Shown: positions 54,897 through 64,000 of the stretch, piece after piece
Layout: each line of letters starts with the position of its first letter
How positions within the stretch are numbered: the first letter of the stretch is position 1
Source of the DNA: an uncultured Candidatus Saccharibacteria bacterium
Lineage (GTDB): Bacteria > Patescibacteriota > Doudnabacteria > UBA920
Length of the DNA: 64,000 nucleotides
Assembly: GCA_964490395.1 (NCBI GenBank)
Contig: CAZBAS010000001.1
Location: 83,815 to 147,814 of the forward strand
Reading direction: 5' to 3'
The notes under the pieces: model-generated
The model's database searches: none
Told to the model about the DNA's origin: nothing
What the model saw: the letters and a program-made list of their open reading frames with translations, nothing else
Program-made: the position numbers and the translations under genes

Positions 54897-55679
54897 ATGA
54901 AGAAAAAAATACTTTCCTATGCAACTGTAGCGCTTTTTATTTTTTTAATGGTTGGTGTCTCGTACTACCTATTTGCTCCTCCCACAGTTGGGGATTTTGA
55001 ACCAGAACAGAGAGACCAAAAAGTTTCTAACCCGCAGAAAGAATCGCAGGAAGGTGCTACAGAAGAGGCTAAGGGTAGTGCTTCTACTGAGCCGCCAACA
55101 CAGGTATCTTTGGCAGTGCCCTACGTAAATGAAGCCCCCGATGGTAACTGGACAGGGCCGTGGAAAAACGCGTGCGAAGAAGCGGCCATAGTCATGGTAG
55201 AGCGTTTCTACAAAGGGCAAGCAGCAGTAAGTGTTGCAGATGCGAAAGCAGCACTGCGGAGGCTTTTCGCTGTGCAAGACGAACGGTGGGGTAGTAATGC
55301 CAACTCAGATGCAGCCCGCACAGCAGAACTGGCAAACTCTCTTGGTTTATTTACAGCAACAGTAGTCACAAAGCCAACGCTAGAAGACATAAAAAAAGAA
55401 CTGGCAGCTAAACGGCCAGTCATTACTTTGCACAAGGGTTTTGATTTGGGTAATAAAAATATTCCTTTTTTACCCACTGGGTCTTCGTACCATGTGTTAG
55501 TGCTTATAGGCTACGACGATACTGCACAAGAGTTTATTACAAATGATGATGGTGACGAAAAAGCAGGCAAGGGGAGGAGATATGCCTACAGCACGGTTAT
55601 GAACTCTATGCATGACTATACCTACAAAACAAATATGACCGATGGCCCTGCCAGAGCTTTGTTCACAGCACCGAAATAA
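54897..55679 (+). CDS. Secreted or membrane-anchored papain-like cysteine peptidase (C39-like) domain protein
   Basis: N-terminal TM segment, a candidate catalytic Cys in GPWKNACEEAAIVMV, and a His in YHVLVLIGYDD. Confidence 0.5.
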   Translation: MKKKILSYATVALFIFLMVGVSYYLFAPPTVGDFEPEQRDQKVSNPQKESQEGATEEAKGSASTEPPTQVSLAVPYVNEAPDGNWTGPWKNACEEAAIVMVERFYKGQAAVSVADAKAALRRLFAVQDERWGSNANSDAARTAELANSLGLFTATVVTKPTLEDIKKELAAKRPVITLHKGFDLGNKNIPFLPTGSSYHVLVLIGYDDTAQEFITNDDGDEKAGKGRRYAYSTVMNSMHDYTYKTNMTDGPARALFTAPK

Positions 55680-55730
55680 AATTCGGGGGTAAGAAATGGG
55701 AAGGGGCTAGAAACGGTATATACTACTAGT

Positions 55731-56294
55731 ATGATGGATATGAAAAATATACGTATGCTGGTGCTTTTGGCTTCTGTGGCTTTGCTTGCAGCTGGCTGTA
55801 GTAAGTCCGCAGTTGTCCCGCCGCCAAGTTCTGGTACTGTAGCGTGTACCATGGAAGCGCTGCAGTGCCCCGATGGTAGCTATGTTGGAAGGCAAGGGCC
55901 AATGTGTGAGTTTGCAGCGTGCCCGGGAACATCGGCTTCTCCAGTACCGCCTCCTTCTACCAAACCCGCTCCGCCCGCAGCGCGCACGAGCGGTATAGAA
56001 GGAACTATAGTGCTAGGGCCTACGTGTCCAGTGGAGAGGTTCCCACAAGAGCCGGGCTGTGGCGACCGTCCATACCAAGCGACCGTGCAGGTAAAAACTG
56101 CGGATGGTAGCACAGTGGTGACCGAGTTTAAGAGTGACGCGAGCGGTGCGTTTAAGGTTTCGCTTGCGCCCGGTACATACCTGCTTGTTCCGGAGCAGGG
56201 GAAAGTGTTCCCACGGGCGGCCACTCAGGAAGTAGTTGTTGCGCAAAATGCATTTACCCACGTAACTATTCAGTACGACTCGGGCATGCGGTAG
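55731..56294 (+). CDS. Lipoprotein with a C-terminal carboxypeptidase-regulatory-like beta-sandwich
   Basis: Lipobox LLAAGCS and a Cys-rich region. Confidence 0.5.
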   Translation: MMDMKNIRMLVLLASVALLAAGCSKSAVVPPPSSGTVACTMEALQCPDGSYVGRQGPMCEFAACPGTSASPVPPPSTKPAPPAARTSGIEGTIVLGPTCPVERFPQEPGCGDRPYQATVQVKTADGSTVVTEFKSDASGAFKVSLAPGTYLLVPEQGKVFPRAATQEVVVAQNAFTHVTIQYDSGMR

Positions 56295-56359
56295 GGTGAA
56301 TACACGGGGACGTTTGATAACTAGGAGTAGATTGTTTACAGGGGTTATTATAGTAATAT

Positions 56360-57175
56360 ATGCGAGAACATTTAGGACTAGACGAAGCTTCTACCGGAAT
56401 CCGGAGGGAGTTTGAAAAGGCTGCCTTGGGCGAGCTCGTAAAACATCAAGGCGGTGAAGTTGCCCGAGAAGGCTGGAGCGGGCTTGCTACTATTTTGGAA
56501 CGATATCTGGACCGAGAAAAAATAGAAACAAATTTTTTACAACAGGACTCAGAAGATTTTGTCGCCATGCGCCAGTCACTACAAACCGAGCCTGGGTTGT
56601 TCGTGGCCAATCATCCTGCTGGGTATATAGACGTTCCCATTACCCTAAGCATGATACAGCGGGGCGACACACTTATATACGTCCAGTCTCGCGTTCGTGA
56701 CGCCTTGGTTACAGCATTTGCAGAGAATTTTGGAGATTCAGTAGCGCAAGAAGTAGACAGGCATTTGCTTACGAACGCCAAAGCAGATGCACTCGGGAAT
56801 TTCAAACGCGCTATAAATCATATGGAGTCGGGTGGCTTACTCGTGCTATATCCTACGGGGGGGAAAGAAGCAAAAACCGAAAAGCCAGTATTTGAACCCG
56901 GGTTCCGTTTGTTCTTACATAAACTTGCGCCTGACACTATGGTCTACGCGGTGAATTATGATCTTTCCGGTAGTCCAGGCGCTGCCAGTTCCGCAAAATT
57001 TGCTGAGCGCGCAGTTTCTTTAGAAATTCCTGTATTGTCCAAAGGGGAAATGGGTAACCCCATTACAGCAAAAGTTGACGAGAGGCTTACCAGAGTAGGC
57101 GAGTGGTCAGCTGCGGCCGAAAGCGACGAACAGTTGACGGAGCATTATTGGGAGCTGTTTAGTCGCCCCCAATAA
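56360..57175 (+). CDS. Putative lysophospholipid acyltransferase-like protein; tentative
   Basis: VANHPAGYID resembles the HX4D block, and LLVLYPTGGKE resembles the FPEGT block. The match is weak. Confidence 0.35.
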   Translation: MREHLGLDEASTGIRREFEKAALGELVKHQGGEVAREGWSGLATILERYLDREKIETNFLQQDSEDFVAMRQSLQTEPGLFVANHPAGYIDVPITLSMIQRGDTLIYVQSRVRDALVTAFAENFGDSVAQEVDRHLLTNAKADALGNFKRAINHMESGGLLVLYPTGGKEAKTEKPVFEPGFRLFLHKLAPDTMVYAVNYDLSGSPGAASSAKFAERAVSLEIPVLSKGEMGNPITAKVDERLTRVGEWSAAAESDEQLTEHYWELFSRPQ

Positions 57176-57201
57176 AATTACTTTGCACAGCAGGTATTAA
57201 T

Positions 57202-57882
57202 ATGGCAAGTTTTAGAACACACATTTCATTTGGTATAGCTGCGGGCGTGCTCAGCGTTATTGGTCTCGTGAGTTTGGCCATAACAAAAGAGCCAAGTTTT
57301 TTGGTAGTGCTCTTTGTTATGGCGGCGCTTGGTTCAATATTGCCAGACATGGATAGCGACTCCGGCATACCATTTTATGTAGCATTTGGCTCCCTTACCG
57401 TAGTGGCCACTACGCTGACTTTTTTCTCACTCTACCGCGACGTGCCGTCGAACTGGAGAGTGATAATTACAGCTACGCTTGGTACTGCTGTATTTGTCTG
57501 GGTTATAGTAGGCCACTTTTTTAAGCGGTTCACTCGGCACCGCGGTATGGCCCACTCGCTTCCCGCTGCGCTGCTTGCTGGCCTTGCCGTGTTTTTTCTG
57601 GCCTCGCGTTTTTACTTTACTGACCAGGAAGCATTTCTCTTGGCAGTGGCTATGATTGTAGGCTTTCTCATTCACTTGCTTCTCGACGAACTATACGCTG
57701 CAGTGAATTTTCACGGTAAACTATTTGTACCCAATAAAGCGTTCGGTAGCGCATTTAAACTAAAGTCAGATAACCTACTCATAAACCTTGCAGTCTTTGG
57801 AGTCATAGTATTTCTTATTGCAGGTAATGTGCAGCGCCTGTGGGGTCTTGCCGAAGGCTTTTGGAAAACCATAGCGCAGTAA
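57202..57882 (+). CDS. Membrane-bound metal-dependent hydrolase (YdjM/DUF457-like)
   Basis: N-terminal SFRTHISFGIAAG with the conserved His, and multiple TM helices. Confidence 0.55.
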   Translation: MASFRTHISFGIAAGVLSVIGLVSLAITKEPSFLVVLFVMAALGSILPDMDSDSGIPFYVAFGSLTVVATTLTFFSLYRDVPSNWRVIITATLGTAVFVWVIVGHFFKRFTRHRGMAHSLPAALLAGLAVFFLASRFYFTDQEAFLLAVAMIVGFLIHLLLDELYAAVNFHGKLFVPNKAFGSAFKLKSDNLLINLAVFGVIVFLIAGNVQRLWGLAEGFWKTIAQ

Positions 57883-57901
57883 TATTAGTAAAAGAATAGA
57901 A

Positions 57902-58429
57902 TTGTATATGGACGAGAATGGTAGACAATACGCCCACGTAGTAGAAGCGCTTAAGGCGCTTGAGCCCGGCCTGTTGCCCCTTGAGATTTTTTATCAGGTT
58001 GCCCGCCTTGCAGTGTTGCCAGCAGTAGAAGTTGTACCACTGCGGGTAGGTGATGGCATGGTAGAAGTATTCTTAACACAGCGGCCAAGCAATGATCCAT
58101 TTTGGCCAGGTGAATGGCACAATCCCGGTACCATTGTTCGGCCTACCGATGAGTCGGGTTCTTTCTCCGTAGCGTTCAAACGTGTGTGTGATGGTGAGCT
58201 TGGGTTGCACACATGGGATGAACCGGTATTTGTAAATCCATGGCTCTGGCATTGTACTCGCGGCTCGGCGTTGTCGCTTATACACTGGCTTGATGTGTCA
58301 CATCTAGATATACAGGTACCAGGACAGTATTTCCCAGTGAATGCTTTGCCTCATAACATAATAGCCGGCATGGAAACAGTTGTTTCTCTTGCGGTAGATC
58401 ACTATAAGCAAACGAAGGGCATTATATGA
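57902..58429 (+). CDS. Hypothetical protein
   Basis: ORF only. Confidence 0.45.
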   Translation: MYMDENGRQYAHVVEALKALEPGLLPLEIFYQVARLAVLPAVEVVPLRVGDGMVEVFLTQRPSNDPFWPGEWHNPGTIVRPTDESGSFSVAFKRVCDGELGLHTWDEPVFVNPWLWHCTRGSALSLIHWLDVSHLDIQVPGQYFPVNALPHNIIAGMETVVSLAVDHYKQTKGII

Positions 58430-58620
58430 ACGGACAAAATAGAAGCGATGTACAAGAAGGCATGGAAGTGGAAATAGTATTAAAAGAAGACCAGCGCACG
58501 GGCAAGTTAACCAAAGGTGTGGTACAAGATATTCTCACTAACTCTTCGTTCCATCCGCATGGGGTAAAGGTGCGGCTGACTACGGGGGAGGTAGGCAGAG
58601 TGCAGCATATATTGGTATAA
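58426..58620 (+). CDS. YwbE-family small protein (DUF2196)
   Basis: Near-collinear match to the YwbE pattern MNGQ.RS....G.EV.IVLK.DQRTGKLT.G.V.DILTNS..HPHG.KVRL..G.VGRVQHIL. Confidence 0.75.
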   Translation: MNGQNRSDVQEGMEVEIVLKEDQRTGKLTKGVVQDILTNSSFHPHGVKVRLTTGEVGRVQHILV

Positions 58621-58647
58621 TAAAGTACATTAAGTTCGCGGTTTTTT

Positions 58648-58893
58648 ATGGGAAACTTACAGCAAATTTATGATGGTTTTTTAGTTGCATTTCCTGAGCC
58701 GCTCCGGCCGTACATTTCGTTAGTAGTAGGGGTGTGTTTGGTAGTTGCGCTAGTTCAGGTGCTTCGTAGAGAATTTATTTGGCTTATAGTGCTAATAATT
58801 CTGCTGCCTGCCTCAGTGCCCATTCTAAAAGGCGTGGCAACTACGCTCCTCACATTTTTGAAATATTTATTTGGCGTACACTCAAGCATTTAA
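58648..58893 (+). CDS. Small hypothetical membrane protein
   Basis: Two hydrophobic helices. Confidence 0.4.
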   Translation: MGNLQQIYDGFLVAFPEPLRPYISLVVGVCLVVALVQVLRREFIWLIVLIILLPASVPILKGVATTLLTFLKYLFGVHSSI

Positions 58894-58944
58894 TTCTGTG
58901 GTGTGGCGAGTGTGAATGCTAAATATCCACCTTACTTACAAACA

Positions 58945-58990
58945 AAACTCTCCTCAAAATACCACGTTTTCTGCGGCCGCAGAAAACGTG
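58945..58990. terminator. Perfect 19-bp palindrome (aaataccacgttttctgcgg/ccgcagaaaacgtggtattt) nested within an outer tatccacc/ggtggata pairing
   Basis: Direct observation. A bidirectional terminator-like structure in a 250-nt intergenic gap. Confidence 0.55.
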
Positions 58991-59147
58991 GTATTTTGAT
59001 TTACAGGGTGGATAACTCTCTTGCGCATCTTCATGAAGCTGCTAGAATGCGCATAAAGACAAGCACATGATATTTACTTTCTTAAAAACTACCCACTCAT
59101 ACAAATAGCTAAAACAACAACGCTCTTTTGAGCGTCATTTATTAAAC

Positions 59148-59501
59148 TTGCAAACCATGGAAAAAAATAAAAAAATCTGGCTCTGGCTTGGTCTCGTCCT
59201 CTTCGCAATTCCTGAGATCCTTTGGAGTCCAGTTGGTAATTTTGTTTACTCACTCATTATGCCTACTGTAAGAGGCTCGGTGCAGTTATTCCGCCACAAT
59301 TTCTTAGTAGATACAGCGCATCCGAATTTGCTCAGTTCGATATTACTAGTGCAGTTTGTGGGTGCTATTCTATTCACGATGCTAAATTTTAGCCGTAAGA
59401 ATACAATTGGATTATTTATGGCAATACCGGGCCTGATAATTAGTATTGTGATATTGATATTATTCGGTCTATCAATAAAATTAAGATCTATTGGTTTTTA
59501 A
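59148..59501 (+). CDS. Hypothetical membrane protein (three TM helices)
   Basis: Hydrophobic ORF immediately upstream of the lipase-like gene. Confidence 0.45.
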   Translation: MQTMEKNKKIWLWLGLVLFAIPEILWSPVGNFVYSLIMPTVRGSVQLFRHNFLVDTAHPNLLSSILLVQFVGAILFTMLNFSRKNTIGLFMAIPGLIISIVILILFGLSIKLRSIGF

Positions 59502-59506
59502 TTGCC

Positions 59507-62167
59507 ATGAAGAGATACATATTATCGACGATCGTACTCGCTCTTATTGTCCTGCCACATATTGCGACGGCACTGATTTTTATCCCTACAGCTAATATAG
59601 TCATAATTACTAACACCGCCCCTTCAGACGGTGTTTTTAATTATCATTTATCACAAGGGTTAGTAGGTGTAAGTACTTGGCATACGAATACTGTTAACGG
59701 GACGTCAACGTATACTATTCCTTTTTTAGTTGCGCACCCAGACAGCTATACAATATACCAAGAGCAGCAAAGCGGGTTAAGTACTTCGGTGTTCTGTTCC
59801 TCCTCAAATAACAACTCAACATTCAACGTTTCAGGTAGCCAAGTAACCGTTACTCTGTATCCTGACGATTTAGTAACTTGTACTTTTACTAGCGCAGTAG
59901 AATCGACTCAGGATAAAACATTGCTCATCCCCGGAATTCTAGGCACAGAATTTTTTAAAGGCGATACAAAGTTGTGGCCAGATACAACGAAGATGTTATA
60001 TACAAACAATGATAGGTTCATGGATCCGCTAAGTTATGCACCGTCTGGTGGTCCAATCGACTTCTCTGCAGTCACAGGTGATATTTTGGGTAAGCCTGCG
60101 ATAACTTACGATTACTCATCTCGTATTATTAATGATCTACACCAGCGCGGTTACGTTGATAATGAGACGTTATTTACTTTTCCCTATGACTGGCGTAAAG
60201 ATATCAGCGATATTGCTTTGCAAGACTTAAAAGCAAAGATTGATGCACTCGTACCGGCGGGGAGCGGGAAGAAAATAGATGTGGTGGCGCATAGCCAGGG
60301 CGGGTTGGTTATTAAGTATTTGTTATATTCTCAGCCCGAGTATAGGTCTAAAATAGGGAAATTAATTTTTGTCGGAACTCCGCACTTGGGTGCGCCTAAG
60401 GCAACCAAGGCCCTTTTGTATGGTGATGCCATGGGCGTGGATTTACTCGGACTTGGTTTGGACCCGCAAGAAATAAAGCGCATTGGCCAAAACATGCCCA
60501 GTGTGTACGAGCTCATGCCTAGTGAAGAATTTTTCAATCATGTTTTAGTTGGCTACTTGGGCACCACCGAGAAAGTTGGTTTCCTTTCCGGTATAGAAAA
60601 AATAAATATTTACGACTACAACACAACCAAGCAAGTGCTAAAAGACAAGGGTTTGAATGCTACGTTAATAGATAGTGCGCAAGCCTTTCACGACCCTGCA
60701 CTCGATAACTTCGACTTTAGTGGTACAGGTATAGACACCTACAACATAGTGGGGTGCCAAGATGCGACCATGGGAAGAATCTTTTCCAGGAGCAATGGCA
60801 AATATCGCATAGAGTATGTGGCAGGTGATGGTACTGTGCCCATAGTTTCTGCAAATAATGTTGGCGTTGGCCATACATACTACGCATTGGAGACGGAGCA
60901 CGGCACTATGCTTACGGGCGATGGTACACGCGAGCAAATAGAGGCAATTTTAGCCGGTAACAGTAGTGCGGTTACGAATAAGATAACTACCAATGCCGCC
61001 GACTGCCATTTTACCGGTGAGCAGGTAAGTGTACATAGTCCGGTAGATCTCCATATTTATGATGAGAACGGCAACCATGTTGGCCCTACTGCCAGTGGCG
61101 GTTTTGATTATCAAATCCCTCATGTGCAGTACGATGTCTTAGGCGAAGAAAAATTTGCTTTTCTTCCTCCAGGGCATACCTACCGCTTAGAACTGCCAGC
61201 TACGAGCGCAGGCACCTTTGACCTTTATACAGAAAAGATAGAAACAGGATCGCTTACATCCAGCGCATATTATCATAGTGTGCCCATTGCTTCCACGAGC
61301 AAGGCATCTGTAGTCCTAAACAGTAGCAATAGTCAAATTTTGCAGTTAGATGCAAACGGCGATGGCACTACAGATAGTTTTCTGGCACCTACTTCGGTGC
61401 TTGGTCCTGCAGAATTATCGGACGTGTTAGCGTCGGTTACAAAGTTGGTGGCAACTGGTACTCAGGGCTTACCAGGGTGGTACAGATCAAACGTGGCCCT
61501 GGCTTTTTCGGCCATTGATTATGCTCAGTCGGGGTCGGATCCTGCTGGAGTGCTCGATATAAAATATAGCTTGGACGGCGGAGTGGTAGGGGTTTACACG
61601 GCGCCGCTCACGGTGGCCTCGGAAGGTATGCACGTGGTGAAGTTCTACGCTACGGACAGAGCCGGGAACAGTGAGGCACTACAAGAATTTACATTTACCA
61701 TAGATAAAACTGCACCAGAAGCTGTGCTTACTTTTACGGTGCAAGCCAAAGATATACTTGCTACTGGGTATGATGCTTTAGATTCCAGTCCGGTGGTAAT
61801 AGACAGCGGTGACAGAGTATACATGGCCGACAAAGCAGGGAATATAACAGTGGTAGGCCTGAGCGAAAAAGATAGAAAGAAAAAGCTTAAAGCCGAACTC
61901 GTGTCACTTTCTTACAACGGTGTACTGCAAGATCTTGCAAAAAATAAGTTCTCATACGCTTGGGAGTTCGACAAGAATGCAAAACTTAAGAAATTAGAAC
62001 AACAGGCAAAGTCCAAAAAAGATTTTAACGTAACCGCGGGCTACAATGGCTCGACCACTAAGGTAGAAGGGAAAGACGCTACAGGTAAAATTAAACAAAC
62101 GTACCCCGCACTGAAACTGCTGCAAATAAAAACCAACAAAGGCGACTTGGACTGGTCATTGTTGTAA
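59507..62167 (+). CDS. Secreted lipase/esterase-like alpha/beta hydrolase (AHSQGG nucleophile motif) with C-terminal beta-rich Ig-like domains
   Basis: Signal peptide, LLIPGILGTEF oxyanion region, and VVAHSQGGLV (class-2 lipase/PGAP1-like). Confidence 0.65.
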   Translation: MKRYILSTIVLALIVLPHIATALIFIPTANIVIITNTAPSDGVFNYHLSQGLVGVSTWHTNTVNGTSTYTIPFLVAHPDSYTIYQEQQSGLSTSVFCSSSNNNSTFNVSGSQVTVTLYPDDLVTCTFTSAVESTQDKTLLIPGILGTEFFKGDTKLWPDTTKMLYTNNDRFMDPLSYAPSGGPIDFSAVTGDILGKPAITYDYSSRIINDLHQRGYVDNETLFTFPYDWRKDISDIALQDLKAKIDALVPAGSGKKIDVVAHSQGGLVIKYLLYSQPEYRSKIGKLIFVGTPHLGAPKATKALLYGDAMGVDLLGLGLDPQEIKRIGQNMPSVYELMPSEEFFNHVLVGYLGTTEKVGFLSGIEKINIYDYNTTKQVLKDKGLNATLIDSAQAFHDPALDNFDFSGTGIDTYNIVGCQDATMGRIFSRSNGKYRIEYVAGDGTVPIVSANNVGVGHTYYALETEHGTMLTGDGTREQIEAILAGNSSAVTNKITTNAADCHFTGEQVSVHSPVDLHIYDENGNHVGPTASGGFDYQIPHVQYDVLGEEKFAFLPPGHTYRLELPATSAGTFDLYTEKIETGSLTSSAYYHSVPIASTSKASVVLNSSNSQILQLDANGDGTTDSFLAPTSVLGPAELSDVLASVTKLVATGTQGLPGWYRSNVALAFSAIDYAQSGSDPAGVLDIKYSLDGGVVGVYTAPLTVASEGMHVVKFYATDRAGNSEALQEFTFTIDKTAPEAVLTFTVQAKDILATGYDALDSSPVVIDSGDRVYMADKAGNITVVGLSEKDRKKKLKAELVSLSYNGVLQDLAKNKFSYAWEFDKNAKLKKLEQQAKSKKDFNVTAGYNGSTTKVEGKDATGKIKQTYPALKLLQIKTNKGDLDWSLL

Positions 62168-62177
62168 AAATAAATAC

Positions 62178-62238
62178 TCTCACATTCTTCCTCCTTCGCC
62201 AAGGCTACGTCGGATAAGTAAGAATGTGAGCATGTTTT
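62178..62238 (+). terminator. Terminator (11-bp stem tctcacattctt/aagaatgtgag with a long loop, then a T-run)
   Basis: Stem-loop plus catgtttta. Confidence 0.45.
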
Positions 62239-62309
62239 ATACGTGTTGGACTTAGGTCGGGGGAAGGGGTAAAGTGTAAGTAGTGGGTATTAATGAAGAC
62301 TAAACACGT

Positions 62310-62708
62310 ATGAACGGATATATAACAAATATAGAACAAGATTCTATACAAAACTCAGATTTTCGCCGGGTGGTTTACACTGCAAAACATTTACAGCTTG
62401 TACTCATGAGCCTTTTGCCAGGGGAGGAAATAGGTGAGGAAGTGCACGACTTAGACCAGTTTTTGCGCATAGATGCAGGCTCTGGCAAGGCAGTGCTGGA
62501 TGGTGTTGAACACGACATAAGCGATGGCTTTGCTGTATTAGTACCGCAGGGGACTAGGCATAACATTATAAACACCGGTAGCGAGCCCATGAAGCTTTAT
62601 ACCCTCTACGGACCACCAGACCACAAAGACGGTGAAGTGCAGCCGACCAAAGCAGACGCTATAGAAAACGAACATCCATTTGATGGCGTAACCACAGAGC
62701 AGGAATAG
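62310..62708 (+). CDS. Cupin-domain protein
   Basis: Cupin motifs G..E.H.H.....FL..G and VPQGTRHNIINTG. Confidence 0.65.
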   Translation: MNGYITNIEQDSIQNSDFRRVVYTAKHLQLVLMSLLPGEEIGEEVHDLDQFLRIDAGSGKAVLDGVEHDISDGFAVLVPQGTRHNIINTGSEPMKLYTLYGPPDHKDGEVQPTKADAIENEHPFDGVTTEQE

Positions 62709-62765
62709 TCTTTCCGGTTCTCTCCCCGGGCCTGGGGAGAGTTAGAGAGAGGTCGGTTGGGCCGT
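62709..62765. repeat. GGGGAGG-type palindromic element (tctcccc-gggcct-ggggaga..gagaggtcggt), intergenic copy
   Basis: Same family as 35445..35527. Confidence 0.7.
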
Positions 62766-62805
62766 ATCCTTAATTCATAATTCTTAATTCGTTATTCATC
62801 ATCTT

Positions 62806-63350
62806 ATGACCGAAACAGCAGTATTGGCCGGCGGGTGCTTTTGGTGCCTCGAGGCGGTGTTCCAGCAAGTTGCTGGTGTAGAAAAAGTTACGTCCGGATA
62901 TGCGGTGGTGGTACCGGCGAGGTGCCTACCTATGAGCAAGTGGGAAGAGGTCGCACAAAGCATGCGGAAGTAGTGCAAGTAGAATTTGATCCTACTATAC
63001 TTAGCTACCAAAGCGTCCTGGATATCTTTTTCACTATTCACGACCCTACCACATTAAACAGACAAGGGAACGATGTGGGAGAGCAGTATAGATCCGCAAT
63101 ATTCTATACTAGCGAAGAGCAAAAGGTGCAGGCTCAAGCAACTATTGAGTCGCTTACAACGCAGAAAGAATATTCCGAGCCCATAGTAACTCAGGTGCAG
63201 CCGCTGGATAAGTTTTACACTGCTGAAGAGTACCACCAGAATTACTATCAAGAAAACCAGCAACAGCCCTATTGTCAGTTGGTTATATCTCCCAAGATAA
63301 AAAAGTTCCATGAGAAGTTTGGAAGTATTTTGAAGGTGGAGTATCAGTAG
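62806..63350 (+). pseudogene. msrA: Peptide methionine sulfoxide reductase MsrA with a -1 frameshift in a G-run near 62903 (or a sequencing error)
   Basis: Frame 1 reads [33 protein letters not shown].. The other frame reads ..[54 protein letters not shown]. The sequence tatgcggtggtgg appears to lack one G of tatgcgggtggtgg. Confidence 0.7.
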
Positions 63351-63357
63351 GGTATTT

Positions 63358-63452
63358 TCCCTCCCCTAAGATAGGGGGGCAGGAGGGGTATGAAATAGTA
63401 AGCGCAATAGTCCGTACCCCCACTAGCTCCCCCTATGTTAGGGGGAGAATAA
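63358..63452. repeat. Two adjacent GGGGAGG-type palindromic elements (ccctcccc-taagata-gggggg..; ctccccc-tatgtta-gggggag)
   Basis: Same CTCCCC-N7-GGGGAG architecture as the other copies. They lie between msrA and the DUF296 gene. Confidence 0.6.
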
Positions 63453-63466
63453 GGCGCAGATGTCCT

Positions 63467-63886
63467 ATGCGAATAATTTTACAAAACAACCAAAATTACA
63501 TAGTACGGTTTGACCGCGGGGAAGAGATGGTGAGCGGCTTGGCAAAATTTGCGCAGGCTGAGCGCATAGATGCTGCGCACTTTACCGCCATTGGCGCTGC
63601 GGGGGAGGTAGTGCTTTCGTACTATAATTTAGAAACTAAAACGTACGAAGACCATACACTTACCGAAGACTTAGAAATTACTGGCATAACTGGTAATGTG
63701 GCTTCTATGGCCGGCGCAGTCATTGTTCACGCACACGGGACCTGCTCGCGTAGCGACCTTTCTGTAGTGGGTGGGCATATAAAAAAGTTGGTGGTTTCCG
63801 CTACCTGCGAGGTCCACATGATGGGCCTGCATAGGCAGCTTGCACGAAGCTACGACGAACAAACAGGCCTTAATCTGCTTCGTTAG
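63467..63886 (+). CDS. PPC/DUF296-domain protein
   Basis: Size and pattern (VRFDRGEE..L..FA......A.F.AIGA...V.L.Y) fit PPC/DUF296. Confidence 0.6.
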   Translation: MRIILQNNQNYIVRFDRGEEMVSGLAKFAQAERIDAAHFTAIGAAGEVVLSYYNLETKTYEDHTLTEDLEITGITGNVASMAGAVIVHAHGTCSRSDLSVVGGHIKKLVVSATCEVHMMGLHRQLARSYDEQTGLNLLR

Positions 63887-63898
63887 TTCGAATTCATA

Positions 63899-63924
63899 CA
63901 AACCGCCTGCGTGGCGGTTTTTTC
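63899..63924 (+). terminator. Rho-independent terminator (aaccgcc-tgcgt-ggcggtt plus ttttt)
   Basis: Perfect stem plus a T-run. Confidence 0.8.
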
Positions 63925-64000
63925 TATGGGGATAACGAAAATGAGGCATGGTACAATATCCTTTAGAAAGATAAGTCGCAGCTCTTTCTCAAAGGGCGCA

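Noticed and set aside
1-64000. CRISPR arrays, tRNA, rRNA, tmRNA, RNase P and SRP RNA genes.
   Set aside because: No regularly spaced direct repeats, no cloverleaf-compatible segments in the intergenic gaps, and no rRNA-like conserved blocks. A GGTTCGAT word at 24861 lacks an acceptor or CCA context. The region 39820..39975 was compared from memory with tmRNA, RNase P and 4.5S motifs without a match.
1-64000. Alternative genetic code (UGA recoding as in some CPR lineages).
   Set aside because: Conserved genes terminate at ordinary TGA, TAA or TAG codons without implausible truncations (for example TspO ends at TGA overlapping the next ATG). No in-frame TGA occurs within the conserved cores that were checked.

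Overview
This 64-kb bacterial window (about 47% GC) carries mainly standard-code, often closely packed or overlapping genes. By inference only, gene content suggests a Patescibacteria/CPR-like or similar small-genome bacterium: three TrmB-type regulators, two Pif1 helicases, a FemAB homologue, giant Ig-repeat surface proteins and weak Shine-Dalgarno usage. Housekeeping genes include a Clp ATPase 3' fragment, ruvA, rpoB-rpoC, a UvrD-like helicase, a P-type ATPase, valS, tsaD, pirin and, separately, a PspC-domain protein with its PadR regulator. From about 31 kb to 51 kb there is an accessory or defence-like island. It holds RadC, a Phd/RelE toxin-antitoxin pair, two paralogous Pif1 helicases flanking a TspO-SGNH hydrolase pair, and a tightly coupled three-gene module headed by a roughly 1335-aa single polypeptide that fuses an N-terminal GIY-YIG-like module, a Type III-Res-like SF2 helicase and an Eco57I/gamma-class N6-adenine methyltransferase with a C-terminal specificity region. 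That polypeptide is followed by a degenerate methyltransferase-like partner, a Zn-ribbon nuclease-like protein and a DUF2726 (NERD-like) protein. I regard this module as the best candidate for an undescribed restriction-modification-like defence system. Other notable points are a histidine-phosphatase (PGM-like) domain of about 190 aa inserted in the ValRS catalytic core, several families of short palindromic repeats (two inserted in-frame in coding sequences), a duplicated rpoB-3'/rpoC-leader element upstream of valS, and two single-base frameshifts (an ArsR-like regulator and msrA). All calls are made by eye from motifs, with no database searches.
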